Assembly: GCF_006345805.1 (NCBI RefSeq)
Contig: NC_043008.1
Coordinates: 23,808,001 to 23,872,000, forward strand
Length of the DNA stretch: 64,000 bases
Direction: 5' to 3'
DNA from: Octopus sinensis
Lineage: Eukaryota
Part shown: piece after piece, positions 14,301-26,416 of the stretch
Layout of the letters: each line of letters begins with the position of its first letter
Position numbering within the stretch: the stretch's first letter is position 1
The notes under the pieces: generated by a model
Told to the model about the DNA's origin: nothing
Database searches by the model: none
Seen by the model: only the letters and a program-made list of their open reading frames with translations
Program-made: the position numbers and the translations under genes

Positions 14301-14866
14301 TGATATTGGTCGAAGTTTTTCACGTTTGAGAAAATCAAATCAATTCTTCTGCTGGATTTTCAGTTTGTTTAAGAGCCTTTTAGATTTGATGTAGTGATTT
14401 TCTTTGGGGTTTTCTGACAAATTGACCTTTCCTCATCACATAAGACTTATATCTGATGTCTTCGTCAACAACATTTCTGACTGTTCTTTCTGCCAGATGG
14501 CGATCTTTTGCAATTGATCTCATAGACTTTCTGGGATTGTAATCAATAGTCTGTTGAACTTGCTGGATAAATTCCGGTGTTCTGATGATTTCCGAGCGTT
14601 TAGAATGCTTTTTATGCTTTGATACTGGCGGCACGTTTCCATCTTTAGTCTCTAGCTCCTTACAAACTATGTAAACGAAAGATCTGGCAACTTTTAAAAA
14701 TCGGCATCTTTCTGATTCGCTATGCTCAGCATGTATAACCACAATAACAGCATGCCCCTTCCTTTCTTGACTAAGCTGATTTTCTGAAACAAAAATTCTA
14801 CAGAGTTAGTAAAAAATGCAGCAATGACCAAAAACAGGTATGTCACTAAATACATTACGCACCCTG
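11352..14866 (-). mobile_element. maT-type (DD37D) Tc1/mariner transposon split by a Penelope-like insertion
   Basis: TA-flanked ends TA|CAGGGTGCGTAA at 11350 and TTACGCACCCTG|TA at 14855-14868, an imperfect ~28-bp TIR. Transposase remnant runs on the minus strand 14742-13795. Spacing from D(SAPSH) to WPPNSPDINPL(D) is 37 residues. Confidence 0.8.
11560..13795 (+). mobile_element. Penelope-like element (Poseidon/Penelope-type RT plus GIY-YIG), decayed
   Basis: LAFLCRCRDSKLIPPGL, GLPKIHKDGIPLR, SLFTNV, GLAMGSPLSP, WLRYVDDTF, FLDV, VYRKPT, GCVYSIP...YKGET and RKLKEAAH. Confidence 0.9.
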
Positions 14867-14904
14867 TATAATCTCTCATAAACACACACAGATACACACG
14901 CGCA

Positions 14905-14909
14905 TATAT

Positions 14910-14953
<44 letters not shown>

Positions 14954-15038
14954 TAGGTAAATCATACTTATATGTGTGTGCGTGTGCGTGTGCGTGTGTA
15001 ATATATATAAATATTCATACACACATATACGCATATAT

Positions 15039-15085
<47 letters not shown>

Positions 15086-15086
15086 T

Positions 15087-15130
<44 letters not shown>
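14905..15130. repeat. (TA)n/(TG)n microsatellite
   Basis: Direct reading. Confidence 0.9.
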
Positions 15131-15133
<3 letters not shown>

Positions 15134-15182
15134 AAAAAAAGTCAAGGTAGAAAATGCTAAGGTAATTTTCTAAAAAACATTT

Positions 15183-15218
15183 CAGTACCGGTTTCAGTCA
15201 TTGAGACTTTTTCAACTG
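15183..15218 (-). ncRNA. Minimal type I hammerhead ribozyme fold, U3-A8 variant
   Basis: Minus strand reads CAG-UUGAAAA-AGUC(UCAAU)GACU-GAA-AC(CG)GU-A-CUG. All three stems pair and the cleavage triplet is GUA. Confidence 0.6.
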
Positions 15219-15382
15219 TAAGTATGGAAAACAATTAAATTTTGGTAAAATTAAATGAAAAGTTTTTTAAAAGAATATCTGCATAGTATTCAAATACACG
15301 GGGCATTTTCCTTGTTTCTGCCTTCTCTGTCTCTCTTGTTTACTCTTGTGGGTTTGAGGTCATTGTGAATTCATAGCAGAGA

Positions 15383-15600
15383 AGAAGAAGATGATGATGA
15401 TGAAGAAGAAGAAGAAGAAGAAGAAGAAGAAGAAGAAGAAGAAGAAGAAGAAGAAGAAGAAGAAGAAGAAGAAGACGATGAAGGAGAAGAAGAAGAAGAA
15501 GAAAAGAAGAAGAAGAGAAGAAGAAGAAGAAGAAGAAGAAGAAGAAGAAGAAGAAGAAGAAGAAGAAGAAAAGAAGAAGAAGAAGAAGAAGAAGAAGAGG
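15383..15600. repeat. (GAA)n microsatellite
   Basis: Direct reading. Confidence 0.95.
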
Positions 15601-15732
15601 AAGAACGCGGGAGTGCTATGATAGTAGTAGGATGTTAAATGGTCAAGTGCCCTGAAAGTGACTTGTTGTGAATGGTAGTAGTGACTGAATTCTTTTACCT
15701 TTGCCCATATAATATATATAATACCTTTGCCC

Positions 15733-15782
<50 letters not shown>

Positions 15783-15986
15783 ATATATAAATAGATGAGT
15801 GTATTTTTACCTTGTTAACAATTAACACGGAAAAAATAAATAAATAGTTACCAGGGCAGCAAAAATCTCACAAGTAAAGGTGTTGTAACTCCTTCTTTAC
15901 AAAGGTAGAAACTTCGTGTTTACGTTGAATATTTTGAATAATATGAATAAAAAATGGAGTTAACGCAGGCGTAATCAAATATTTTT

Positions 15987-16072
15987 ACTTTCGACACATG
16001 TTTCGAAAATTCCACTGATACTATTCAAAAGAATAAATGGTATAAACAATGCAATCTTCTCCTCAGGAAAGT
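15987..16072 (-). ncRNA. Type I hammerhead ribozyme with canonical core, downstream of a PLE GIY-YIG ORF
   Basis: Minus strand reads ACUUUC-CUGAGGA-GAAGA...UUUUC-GAA-AC(AUGU)GU-C-GAAAGU. Stem I is a perfect 6 bp, stem II extends to ~12 bp, and the triplet is GUC. Confidence 0.85.
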
Positions 16073-16274
16073 GAAAAAAACCAAACTCGTCAATAAGACA
16101 TTTTTAGCAAAAAATGATGGATTTGTATAGCGATAGACAGAACGCTATTAATATTGTTTAAAAAAACGTTATATGATATAACGTCATAAGTAGCTAACAG
16201 AAAGTGTAAGGATATTAATAGTGAATGTTAAATATAAAGGAAATTAAAGTTTGAATTATATATAATGATAGAGA

Positions 16275-16895
16275 CTACTTATATGCACTAAATGTATGTT
16301 TTTGCCAATGCTTACATCTGTATGCTCGTTCTATAACTGTGTTTACAAGAGTATTTTTAGAAAAAATAATGAAAAATAACTCAGAATTACAGAGAAGACA
16401 GAATTTCTTGCCTTTGTCATATGGTATCGAAATTGAGAGGATCAACCATTCTAAATGAAATTGTTCATTGTGGTCTTTTAAATCCCAAATCAGTTTGCTG
16501 AGACCGGTACTATTCCGTTTATTTCTATCCCTAAATGTTGAGTAATGGACAGAAATTCTTTTAGATAACTCTAACGATGTGCTTCCAATGTAAAATCGTA
16601 CTTTATTACGAGTACTGATTATACACTGGTATATAGAATTTTTAATCTTAGAGTTACTTGACATAAACTTAATTCTATTGGAATTGACTTCAGATACAAT
16701 AACCTTGTTATTAATATTTCTAGAAGGTTGGATGGTATTAGCTAAATTAATGTTAGTATTAGTAAATGTATTAATATTTAACAGTTTGTTATTATGAGAA
16801 GATATGATTTGCAAGAGATTTTTTGTGTTTGAAAAACCTATCCTAACCTTATGTGAATTGATTATAGAGTAATATCTAGAATTGTTTGGAAAATT
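16275..16895 (-). mobile_element. Penelope-like element 3' part (Naiad-like GIY-YIG endonuclease), 5'-truncated
   Basis: Open frame NFPNNSRYYSIINSHKVRIGFSNTKNLLQIISSHN...IYQC...FYIGSTS...STGLSKLIWDLK...IPYDKGKKFCLLCNSE. The Naiad assignment rests on motif recall. Confidence 0.8.
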
Positions 16896-16988
16896 CCTAG
16901 CACTTTTCCTTCTTTTTCTTCACATATCAATACAACAATTCACGTTACAATTCACAACACGTACCGTACATTAGCCAATGTCTCATAT

Positions 16989-17346
16989 TGTAGTCCCTCT
17001 CTATCAGCCGCCTATTCCTCTGTATATATATCTCTCTGTCCCAATACTCCAAAACCGCCGACTGCTTGCTTTGAACTCCAAATACCGACTGTCCAAAACT
17101 TCTTGCTCTGTCACTACCCTCAATCCCTCTCTTAGCTCTAATACTCTCTCTATCCCCGCTCAGATTCCTTAATCTGTCTTCCTCACTACTTTCTTCCTCC
17201 TCTTCTTCACTGTCTCTCACACCCTGAACTGCTTACTTGAGGGGGTAGCCCTCCAAAATTAACCCTAATTCACCTGAAGGGGTCGGGGAGTCTCCAAGCC
17301 AGCAAAGTAGGTCACCATCAACTGTCCCTAAGTTGAACTCACAACA
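16989..17346. mobile_element. Candidate solo LTR (TG...CA, 358 bp, ATAT flanks)
   Basis: Begins TGTAGT and ends ACAACA, with ATAT at both 16985-16988 and 17347-17350. More GC-rich than its flanks. The right flank is (AT)n, which weakens the TSD. Confidence 0.35.
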
Positions 17347-17438
17347 ATATATATATATATATTACATATATATTTTTTTTTCTAGTTTCAGCTCAGAGCT
17401 GCGGCCATGCTGATGCACCGCCGTTTTGTGCTACACTG

Positions 17439-18480
17439 TTATTGCGACGAACCTCGTCTAATATGTGGCACTTGGTGAAGAATGGAGTTTGATACAGCTA
17501 CTCTCATTTGCACCTCTTGCCGTGAGGTAGGTTCATCTGGGACTCTTGACAGGAAGATGTCCAGCTTTGATTTAAAAACCGATACATCTACTTTGTGCAA
17601 GTTCCTCAGACTCTTTGGGAGAATATTAAAAAGCTGTGGGCCCTTGAAACCCAGGCTGTTGCAGAAGCTGGTCCTGAAGCGTGATGGCATTGCTGGGATC
17701 TTTGGCACTATGCAGTGTCGTCCCGTTCTAGCATTGGTGTAGCTTACAATGCCAAAATTTGGCACAATTCCTTCCAGGATCTTCCAGACATATATTACTG
17801 CATACCTCTCCCGTCTTCTCTCCAGGGAGTAGAGTCTTAGCTGTTTCAACCTTTCCCAGTAGCTGAGCTGTTGCAAGGAGACGATCTTCTTTGTGAATCT
17901 TCTCTGGATTGCTTCAAGGTCCGCTGTTAATTTCACACTGGTGGGTGACCATAGCTGTGAGCAGTAATCCAGGCGACTGAGGACGAATGTCCACCAGAGG
18001 ACCATCATGGTTTCCTTATCTCTGGTTCTGAATGTTCTTAGGATCCACCCAGCCAGTCGTCTGCACTTTGTCGCCATCCTGGTAATGTGCACTTGGAAAG
18101 AGGTATCATCACTCATATCGATACCCAGGTCCCTCACAGACTTAGGCTCTGGGATTGAAATTCCCTGTGGACCAGTTTTGGATGCTGGTAGCGCAGGGCC
18201 TGGAATTTTTCAGCATTAAACTGCATATTATTATCCTCAGCCCATCTGTAGATTGAGTCCAACTCCTGCTGCAGGTGTGCAACATCGCTGGGGTTCTGTA
18301 TTTTCTGCGAGACTTTCGTATCGTCTGCATAGCTGGCCAGAGTGGCTATCCGGGCATTTGAGGGCACTATAAAAGGCAGTGGTCCCAAGACAGTGCCCTG
18401 TGGAACACCGCTCCATTAACCACTACTGCCTGACTCCTATCTTTCAGGAAGTCATGCAACCACACTCCAAGTTTTCCAGC
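17439..18480 (-). mobile_element. CR1-like LINE 3' part (RT C-terminal half), 5'-truncated
   Basis: GVPQGTVLGPL, YADDTK, RDLGI, SRLDYCSQLWSP and LSYWERLKQLRLYSLERRRERY. Confidence 0.9.
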
Positions 18481-18713
18481 TAAGAATAAGTCTTGAGGTC
18501 GATTTGTTCGACAAAAGGCGGTGCTCCAGCATGGCCGCAGTCAAATGACTGAAACAAGTTAAAGAATATATAAGTGCAGGAGTGGCTGTGTGGTAAGGGG
18601 CTTGCTTAACAATCATATCGTTCTGGGTTTTGCTCCACTGCGTGCACTTTGGGTAGGTGTCTTTCAGTATAGCCTCGAGCTGACCAAAACCTTGTGAGCG
18701 GACACATATATCC

Positions 18714-18747
<34 letters not shown>

Positions 18748-18885
18748 CGTGTGTGAGTGTATGTGTGTGTGTGTGTGCGTGTGTGAGTGTATGTGTGTGT
18801 GTGTGTGTGTCCGCCACCACCACTCGACAACCAATGTTAGCGTTTCGGCTTAAGAGTTAAATAGAATCAGTATCAAGCTTAAAAA
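18481..18885 (+). mobile_element. tRNA-derived SINE pieces (a tail, then a head with internal TA/TG microsatellite)
   Basis: The tail GGCGGTGCTCCAGCATGGCCGCAGTC...GACTGAAACAAG and head GCAGGAGTGGCTGTGTGGTAAG match the copy at 39998-40471. Confidence 0.8.
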
Positions 18886-20304
18886 ATAAAAGCAAAAAAT
18901 ACACATCAATAAATATATTAACTAAATATATTACTTGTACGCCAAGTTATAATAAAAATAGTTTCACATTTAATTGCAGAATTACTTAATAATTTTTTTA
19001 TAGATTGCATATTTGCTAAATATTTACAAGCATAAGAATGACAGCAACATTGAAGTTTCGACCTGCTAGCCTTCGTCAGAGTTTATGTGTATTCATGTAT
19101 ATTTTTCGTATATGTATGCAATGTGTGCGTGTGTACGTGTGTAAAGTGTGAATATCTATAATCATCGGTGTGTGTGTGTGTGTATGTGCGTGGTAATGTA
19201 TGTGTAATGTATAAGTGTGGCCGGGCACCATATGAATGATTTTGATTTACAGACCTGTTTATTAATGTAATAGTCGAACACCAAGCCTTCCAAAACGAAC
19301 TCGTTGCATACAAATACTATAAACATATCAAGACAGACATGACTACAATCCTATCATCTTACTTTTATGCCTTAATATATGACAATGACTGTAATTATTA
19401 TTAATATAATTTTTACCCACGTCTGTTCGACCTCATTTCTCAACTGTATATAAGAATGTGTGCATGGATATATGACTACGCATGGATACGCGTATGTGTC
19501 TATTCCTCGCTGTCCTTCTCACATTTTCTATTTAATTTTACCTCTTTTATCTTTAATCTATTATCTCGCTTTCTGTCACTTTCTATTCTAAAACATCACC
19601 TTGCTTACATAATATTCTTGCCTGAGGTTTATAAAGGTATCATATTGTAATTTGAAATGAAAACACCGAGGAAGCAAGCTAATCGATTTGCGCAAAGGTG
19701 TCTATTAGCTATCAGAAAAGAACCTGTGTTATCTAAGACCTGAAAATACAAATTACGTTCACTACGTTGCTTTTTACTCTTATAATGTGAGTCGCGCGCC
19801 CGTCTCGCGATACGATGAATATTATCAGACGAAGTGGAAGATAGAAGTAGAGTGTGGAATTATCATGTGTCATAAGTAAATATATATTATATGCATATAC
19901 ATATATATACACAAATACAACCAAGTAACACTATATAACAAATCCAATCTGTATGTGGGACAATAAAAGCATGCAAGACTTGTCCAATTTAAACTATGAC
20001 GTTTTTATCCACATTGTAACGATGGAGCTTTGTATCTTTTTTAGAAACGAGCTCCTTCCCCAGAGTAAGAATTTAAATATTTAAAAACAGAAGAGAACAT
20101 TCATACATACATACATACATACATACATACATACATACACATACATACACACACACATACATATATACATACATACACACATACATACACAGATACAAAT
20201 GTATCCATCCATTCCAATTCTTTTTTTCCACTCACAATTCCCGGGATGGTCTTGGGAGAAAGGTCCCTCGGTACCTCATCTATAGAGTCCTGTCTGAAGT
20301 GATC

Positions 20305-20430
20305 CTTATTATACTTTTTGGCTTTCGTTGACCTGAAGCTACAGCAAAAGATACTTGCCCAGGGTGTCACATTGTGGGACAGAACGCGGTTGGGAAGTAA
20401 ACTTCATGCCACATAGACATTCCTATGCCC
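20305..20430 (-). mobile_element. tRNA-derived SINE head, decayed
   Basis: Contains GATACTTGCCCAGGGTG and resembles the head at 40300-40471. Confidence 0.55.
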
Positions 20431-21184
20431 ATGTACGTGTGTTTGTGTTTGTGTGTGTGTGTGCGTGTGTATTTGTGTGTATGTTTGTGTGAATGTGTGC
20501 ATGTATAAGGGCGAATGGGTAGGGCATTTCCAATGCAGCACGCAGTTCAAATTCATTTTCCCCGGCACGGTAGGTCTGTTAGTTCTCCGCCTTACGTACT
20601 CATATGATATTGGTTTCAAACTTTGGCACAAAGCCAACAATTTATAGAGAGAGGTAAATCGATTACATCGATCCGGCAGATTTAGAAATCAGACGTACTC
20701 TTATATTACGATTCTTATTAATTCCTTAACGTATTCCTCTTGAAATGTTTCTTTTTATGTATCTATATTGTAATGTGTATGTTTAGAAATTGTTATTTTC
20801 ATATATAAAGGTAATTGTATTGTTAGTTTTCTTGTACTTTTTGTTTTTGAAAAAGTCCTTTAGAATGCAGTCTTACTTGATAACATGAAAATCAATAAGA
20901 AAATTAATTCGCATTACGGGATTTCACGTTACGACCACATTTTAAGGAATGCATTACTTCCGGAAAGCGAGAATTTCCTGTAATCTTTGACAGATTACCG
21001 AGAACATGTGAACAAATTTTTACTGAAATATATTTGGCTTTTGCTGGATTAGAGTTGTTTAATCAAATTACCAAATATGTCATCAAATACCTCTCGCGAA
21101 CTTTAACTAGATATGGACACGTACACATTCACTTGCTACAACGTATATATATATATATTCATATTTCTACCATCTCTACAACCA

Positions 21185-21197
21185 TCTATCTATCTAC

Positions 21198-21294
<97 letters not shown>

Positions 21295-21326
21295 CCTATC
21301 TATCTATCTATCTATCTATCAATTCA

Positions 21327-21381
<55 letters not shown>

Positions 21382-21410
21382 AATTCAATCTATCTATCTA
21401 TCTATCTATC
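21185..21410. repeat. (TCTA)n microsatellite
   Basis: Direct reading. Confidence 0.95.
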
Positions 21411-21427
21411 TACCCCCCTCTCTCTCT

Positions 21428-21469
<42 letters not shown>

Positions 21470-22687
21470 ATATAAATCTAAATTGATGTATGAACATAAG
21501 TAAGCACTCACGTATGTATGCAATGCAAAAGTAGTTTTTAAATTTAAGCTTGATTCTGAAGTATTTTCAAGAGAATAGAGTTTGCTATTAATTGGAATTA
21601 TTTTAGACAAAAATATTTCTGCATTTTAGATATAAATCAGAAGTGTCTCTAATCTAATATAATTATAATTCCCTCCTTCTCTTCAAAATATCCCACCACC
21701 CTCCGCTTTCCGTCTACTCCCCTTATATTACATTTCCTTATGTTCTTAATTCACATCGTTTGTTTCTAAACGTATACACGCGCGCACACGCATACACACA
21801 CACACAAACACACATCATTGCGTGCTTGTGTGTGTGCATTTCTGTGTCTGTCTGAGAATGCAGTATAGAGTGTGTCATTAAGTGTATAGATTTACTTGTA
21901 AACATAAATACATATAAATATATGTATATATGTGTATGGTTGTATGTATATGTACGTGTGTGAACATATGCACGTGTTACGATTATATATTTATGAAATA
22001 CAATACTTAATCTATGAGAGAAGCCATCTCTTTGTGTTAGTTTAAATTGCCCAATCAGCGCAAGTATTCCCGTTAATATACTTATGGTTGCAGCCATTCC
22101 GATATCTGCTTACTACAGATAAGAATATGTTGCAAAGTCTAATAAGGTCAAAGCTTGCCCGGACATAATTATCAATGATTATGCTCAATCCTCACTGCGC
22201 ATTTCCGTCCAAATTTTAATCGACTGCAATTTCGGATTTATTTACCCTGCCTTTTTAATAATCGTCATTGATGATAATGATAGTTCAGTGTCGAAAAGGG
22301 CCAACGCCATTTTTGTGAGTCATGTAGACTTCCAGATTACGCTCTGAAGTGGCTTTCACGTGTAGCTTCTTATGTGAATATGGTCAGAGCTATCTAGGAA
22401 ATCTGAATATTCCTTTTCATTATATGTTCTAGTGGGTTGGTCAAAGGATAAAATGTGAAAATCATGGTGATGAAGGTATGAAATTCCAACGTTCTGCTTA
22501 ATTCCTCTGATTTTCTATTCGGACGCCTCACCCTTTTCTTCTTGCAGCTTACCTGGCTGTTTACTATCACTGTTCGTTGCTCATAACGTCTTCTTCATTA
22601 TTATACAATGTAATGTTAGTGGTGCTTGCGGTGCTTAGGTGGCTATCGGTTTCCTGGTCATCTCTTTAAAAACCGAGTACAGGCAAT

Positions 22688-23136
22688 TTTTTTGGCCATA
22701 TTCGCAGACATTATAATAATAAAAAAAGATGTCCAACTACCTTTTGAATTCAAGTTCCGCCGAGGTCAACTTTGCCTTTCATCATTTTGGGTTCCATAAA
22801 ATAAGTACCAGTCAAGCACTGGGATCGATGTAATCGACTTGCCCCACCCCGAAATTGCTGGCCTAGAGCGAACATTTGAATCTTTATTATTATTATTTCT
22901 TTTTATCATAGGTTTTGTTGGAACGCCTAGAGTGTTGCATGCGTAGCGGGCTTGCTATTTGTAGCCTAAAGCACCATGCTATTCGTTCTTTGCACTTATC
23001 TAATACTTCCTTGATTATTCTGGCCGTACCAAGGGGGCAAAACTTTATAACAGTCCAACTGGGCACTATATTCCAATTTCCTTGATATTCCTTTTGAGGC
23101 CTTCTGATTTGCTCCTAAGTACCCAACAATAATTGG
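22688..23136 (+). repeat. Copy 1 of a ~440-bp direct repeat (flank, SINE fragment, 3' end of Dong-like element); copy 2 at 24366-24799
   Basis: Co-linear high-identity match from TTTTGGCCATATTC to CTAAGTACCCAACAAT, with scattered substitutions and small indels. Confidence 0.9.
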
Positions 23137-26100
23137 CACTATCTTCACCTTCGTCATTTTTCATAGTACTTAAAAGGGTTGTATTTATCTATTTTTTCGC
23201 CTCCCTCCTTGATTATACGTGGGTCAAAGGGGCATGCAACATCAACTATATAGCACATGTGGTGCATCTTCTCGACTACTACTAGATCCGGTCTATTATG
23301 TTCTCGCACCTGATCTGTTTGGATTGGGAAATCCCAGAGGATTTTGCTAGTCTCCGACTCCGCCATTCTCTACATTTTGTGCTCATACCACGCCTTGACT
23401 CTCTCGAGTCCCCACTTTCCACATTCTCCAATTTAGCATTGTAGTGGTTTTGGGTAACTCTAGAGAAATCGTTTGTGATATGGGTAATGGTTTCACCCGC
23501 TCTATTACAGGCACCACACAGCGGAGACACTTACTCATTCTTATGGTTGACCCTCCATTTCGTGGCCAATGCAAGGTCTTGCGCTGCCATTATAGTGCTC
23601 TCAGTCTCCTTGTTTTAGTCAATCCCGCCTATTTTTCCAGCAATTTCGGTTGAGGCTACATGGAATTGATTATGTAGTCCTTTGTTGCGTAATTCTTCTT
23701 CATGTCCTTGCTGTGCTTCTTCCTTTGTTTTCCTTTTTTTTTCGCTTTCAATACGCCCTCGCTCCTAACTTACACTAGAAAGGTTTCCTTACTTTGCACT
23801 AAGTTTCTCATTAAGCCCTTGAGTTGGATACGTACGCAGTCTTCCATATTTATCAGTTCTCTTTTTGCTCTCTTTATGTATAGGCGATCAGTGCCTGCAC
23901 ATAGATGATAGGCTCCGTGCATCATTAGGAGCTTTCTTGACTTCCTGTCCATCTCCTTTAGCTTCTCCTCTGTCAATTTCAGGATGCCAGCGCAATACCG
24001 GACTAGTGCGACCGCGCGCGAGTTTATTGCCAAAATTATGTTTCTTGCATTTAGCTTTGATGTCAGTATTTTCCTCACTTGCCGCAGGTACTCTCTCTTT
24101 GTCTTTTCCTTCATGTCATTGTGTTTAATTCCATATGCTACAAGTATTCCCAGGTATTTATAGCTGGACTGAGGTTTAATTGCCTTCACCATTTCACCAC
24201 TTGGCAACCCTATGCTTTCTGTCCTGACAATCTTTCCTCATCTCATTACCATCGTAGCACATTTGAGAGCCAAAACACCATCTTAATACCACTGGAGAAA
24301 ATCCGCACAGACTGGACTAGGCTGTTTCCAGTTCTGTTTCACATTTTGTGAATAACTTCAAGTCGTTTTTGGCCATATTCACAGATATTATAATAATAAA
24401 AAAAGATGTCCGACTACTTTCTGAGTTCAAGTTCCGCCGAGGTCAACTTTGCCTTTCATCATTTTGGGTTTCATAAAATAAGTACCAGTCGAGCACTGGG
24501 ATCGATGTGATCGACTTATCTCACCCTGAAATTGCTGGCCTAGAGCGAACATTTGAATCTTTATTATTATTATTTCTTTTTATCATAGGTTTTGTTGGAA
24601 CTCCTAGTAGCGGGCTTGCTACTTGTAGCCTAAAGCACCATTCGTTCTTTGCACTCATCTGATACTTCCTTGATTATTCTGGCCGTACCAAGGGGGCAAA
24701 ACTATATAACACTCCTACTGGGCACTATATTCCAATTTCCTTGATATTCCTTTTGAGGCTTTCTGATATTGCTCCTAAGTACCCAACAATATCAATTGGT
24801 TCAGTTATCCCTTACCTCTTCCTAAATCACACCCCAACTTTGTTTTCTGCAGTATTTCACTCAAGGGGATCATTCTCAGCACAAAGATCAGTGGGGACAT
24901 TCTGTCTCCCTGGAAGATTCCTCTCTTGATTTTCACCTCTCCTAATACTTGATTTCCTATTGTCAATTCCGTTTTCCAGCATTTCATACTTCTCCATGCA
25001 AGGCTTCTCATGTTTTCTGCTACTCCATACATTTCCATTGTTCTTATTATTTAGGATTGTGGTATCATACAGTATGCATTACGATAGTCAGCCCATGCCA
25101 TGCTTAGGTCTGTTTGTCTTCTCTTGCAGTTCCTGATAATCAGATTATCAATTAAGAGCGGATACTTCGTTCCCTGGTACCTCTTTCAGCACTCTTTCTG
25201 TTTAATGGGTAGTAGCCCACTTATTCCCAAGTATCTGTTCAGTTCATCGGCCAACGCACCTGACATTAGTTTCCACAGCGGAAGACACGTTATTGGTCGA
25301 AAGTTGGATGCAACATTTCCCTTTTCAGGATCCTTGGCACATAACAATGTCTTTTCCTTTGTCATCTAGCTAGGTACTGTACCTTCCTGCATGCACTCAT
25401 CTAACTGTTGTGCAATGCTTTCATGAAACCCTCTCAGCTTCTTCATCCAATACCTTTGGACACCATCCGATCCTGGCCTCTTCGAATTTGGGAATTTTCT
25501 TAATCATTTCTGTAGTTATCTTTATGTCTTCTTGTCTTTCTATATTTCTTAACCTATCTTGGATTTCATGCAGCCACTCCGCTGCATCATTATGCTCCAC
25601 AGGTTGGTCCCAGATCCCTCTCCAGAATACCCTACTTTCTTCTGCATCTGATTTAATTGTTACGTGTAACTATCCATCGAGTACCTGAAACAGTTTCTTC
25701 TGATTTGCTTCAAACAATCTGTTTTGCCTGAATTGTTTTGTTCTAACGTCATATCTTTCCAGTTTTGCTTTGATCGCTACTACTCTTTGTTTCAATTCTT
25801 CCAATATCACAACATACCTTTTATCTCTTATTCCATATGTTCTTTCCAACATTATTCTGATACTTCCGTTCTGCAATTCTCCTCTACTCAATCTATCAAC
25901 TTGTCTTAAATGTCTTTTAAACTTTGTCACAAATTCGTCTACGCCATTATGGCTCTTTATGTTCTGTTTCTTCTTTTCTTTTGTATACAACTCTATCTGC
26001 AACAACCATAACTACAGCCCAAATAATCTTGTTAGTTTCAATTATATTTCTCGTTTGGAATAGCCCAAGGACCGAATCTATCCCTTCGGATTCAATTTTG

Positions 26101-26330
26101 AGCTTGCGTTGATCAATGTACATCAGATTGGGGTGGGGGTGCTTGATCCTGGTCTTCTCTAATATACGGCACAGCATCCTCACTATGTCTTGTTGGTCAT
26201 CATCGTATTCTTGTGATACAGCTCTTCCCATTATTTCTGCCTCATTTGCTGAGAATTCATTTACATTTACACTTTGCTCTACGTCTTCACTGCTGCCATT
26301 CATTTCTCTGTCCTCGCTGGGCACTTATCT
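22900..26330 (-). mobile_element. R4/Dong-like non-LTR retrotransposon (copy B), decayed, with an insertion in RT
   Basis: RGIFQGDRMSPLIF, DLKLF, SYKYLGIL, LNARNIILAINSRAV, ILWDFPIQTD...HNRPDLVVV and DVACPFD. Its 5' side abuts (TTA)n at 26365. Confidence 0.85.
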
Positions 26331-26364
26331 GTTGGTGAAGTATTATTTATATTTTCTCCATTCC

Positions 26365-26415
<51 letters not shown>
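26365..26415. repeat. (TTA)n microsatellite between Dong-like copies B and C
   Basis: Direct reading. Confidence 0.95.

Positions 26416-26416
<1 letters not shown>

Noticed and set aside
16275-16895. Possible selenocysteine (UGA) recoding, as reported for some Naiad PLEs
   Set aside because: There is no in-frame TGA at Cys positions here or at 40850-41545, and no SECIS could be recognised.
19041-19090. Minus-strand CTGACGA-AGGC...GGTC-GAAAC
   Set aside because: The core and a weak stem II are present, but no stem I can be formed. At most it is a dead remnant.
22547-22670. Possible minus-strand host exon with CAG|GTAAGC donor, reading DDQETDSHLSTAS...
   Set aside because: The frame ends in three stops before the donor, the other frames also stop, and no partner exons or recognisable protein were found.
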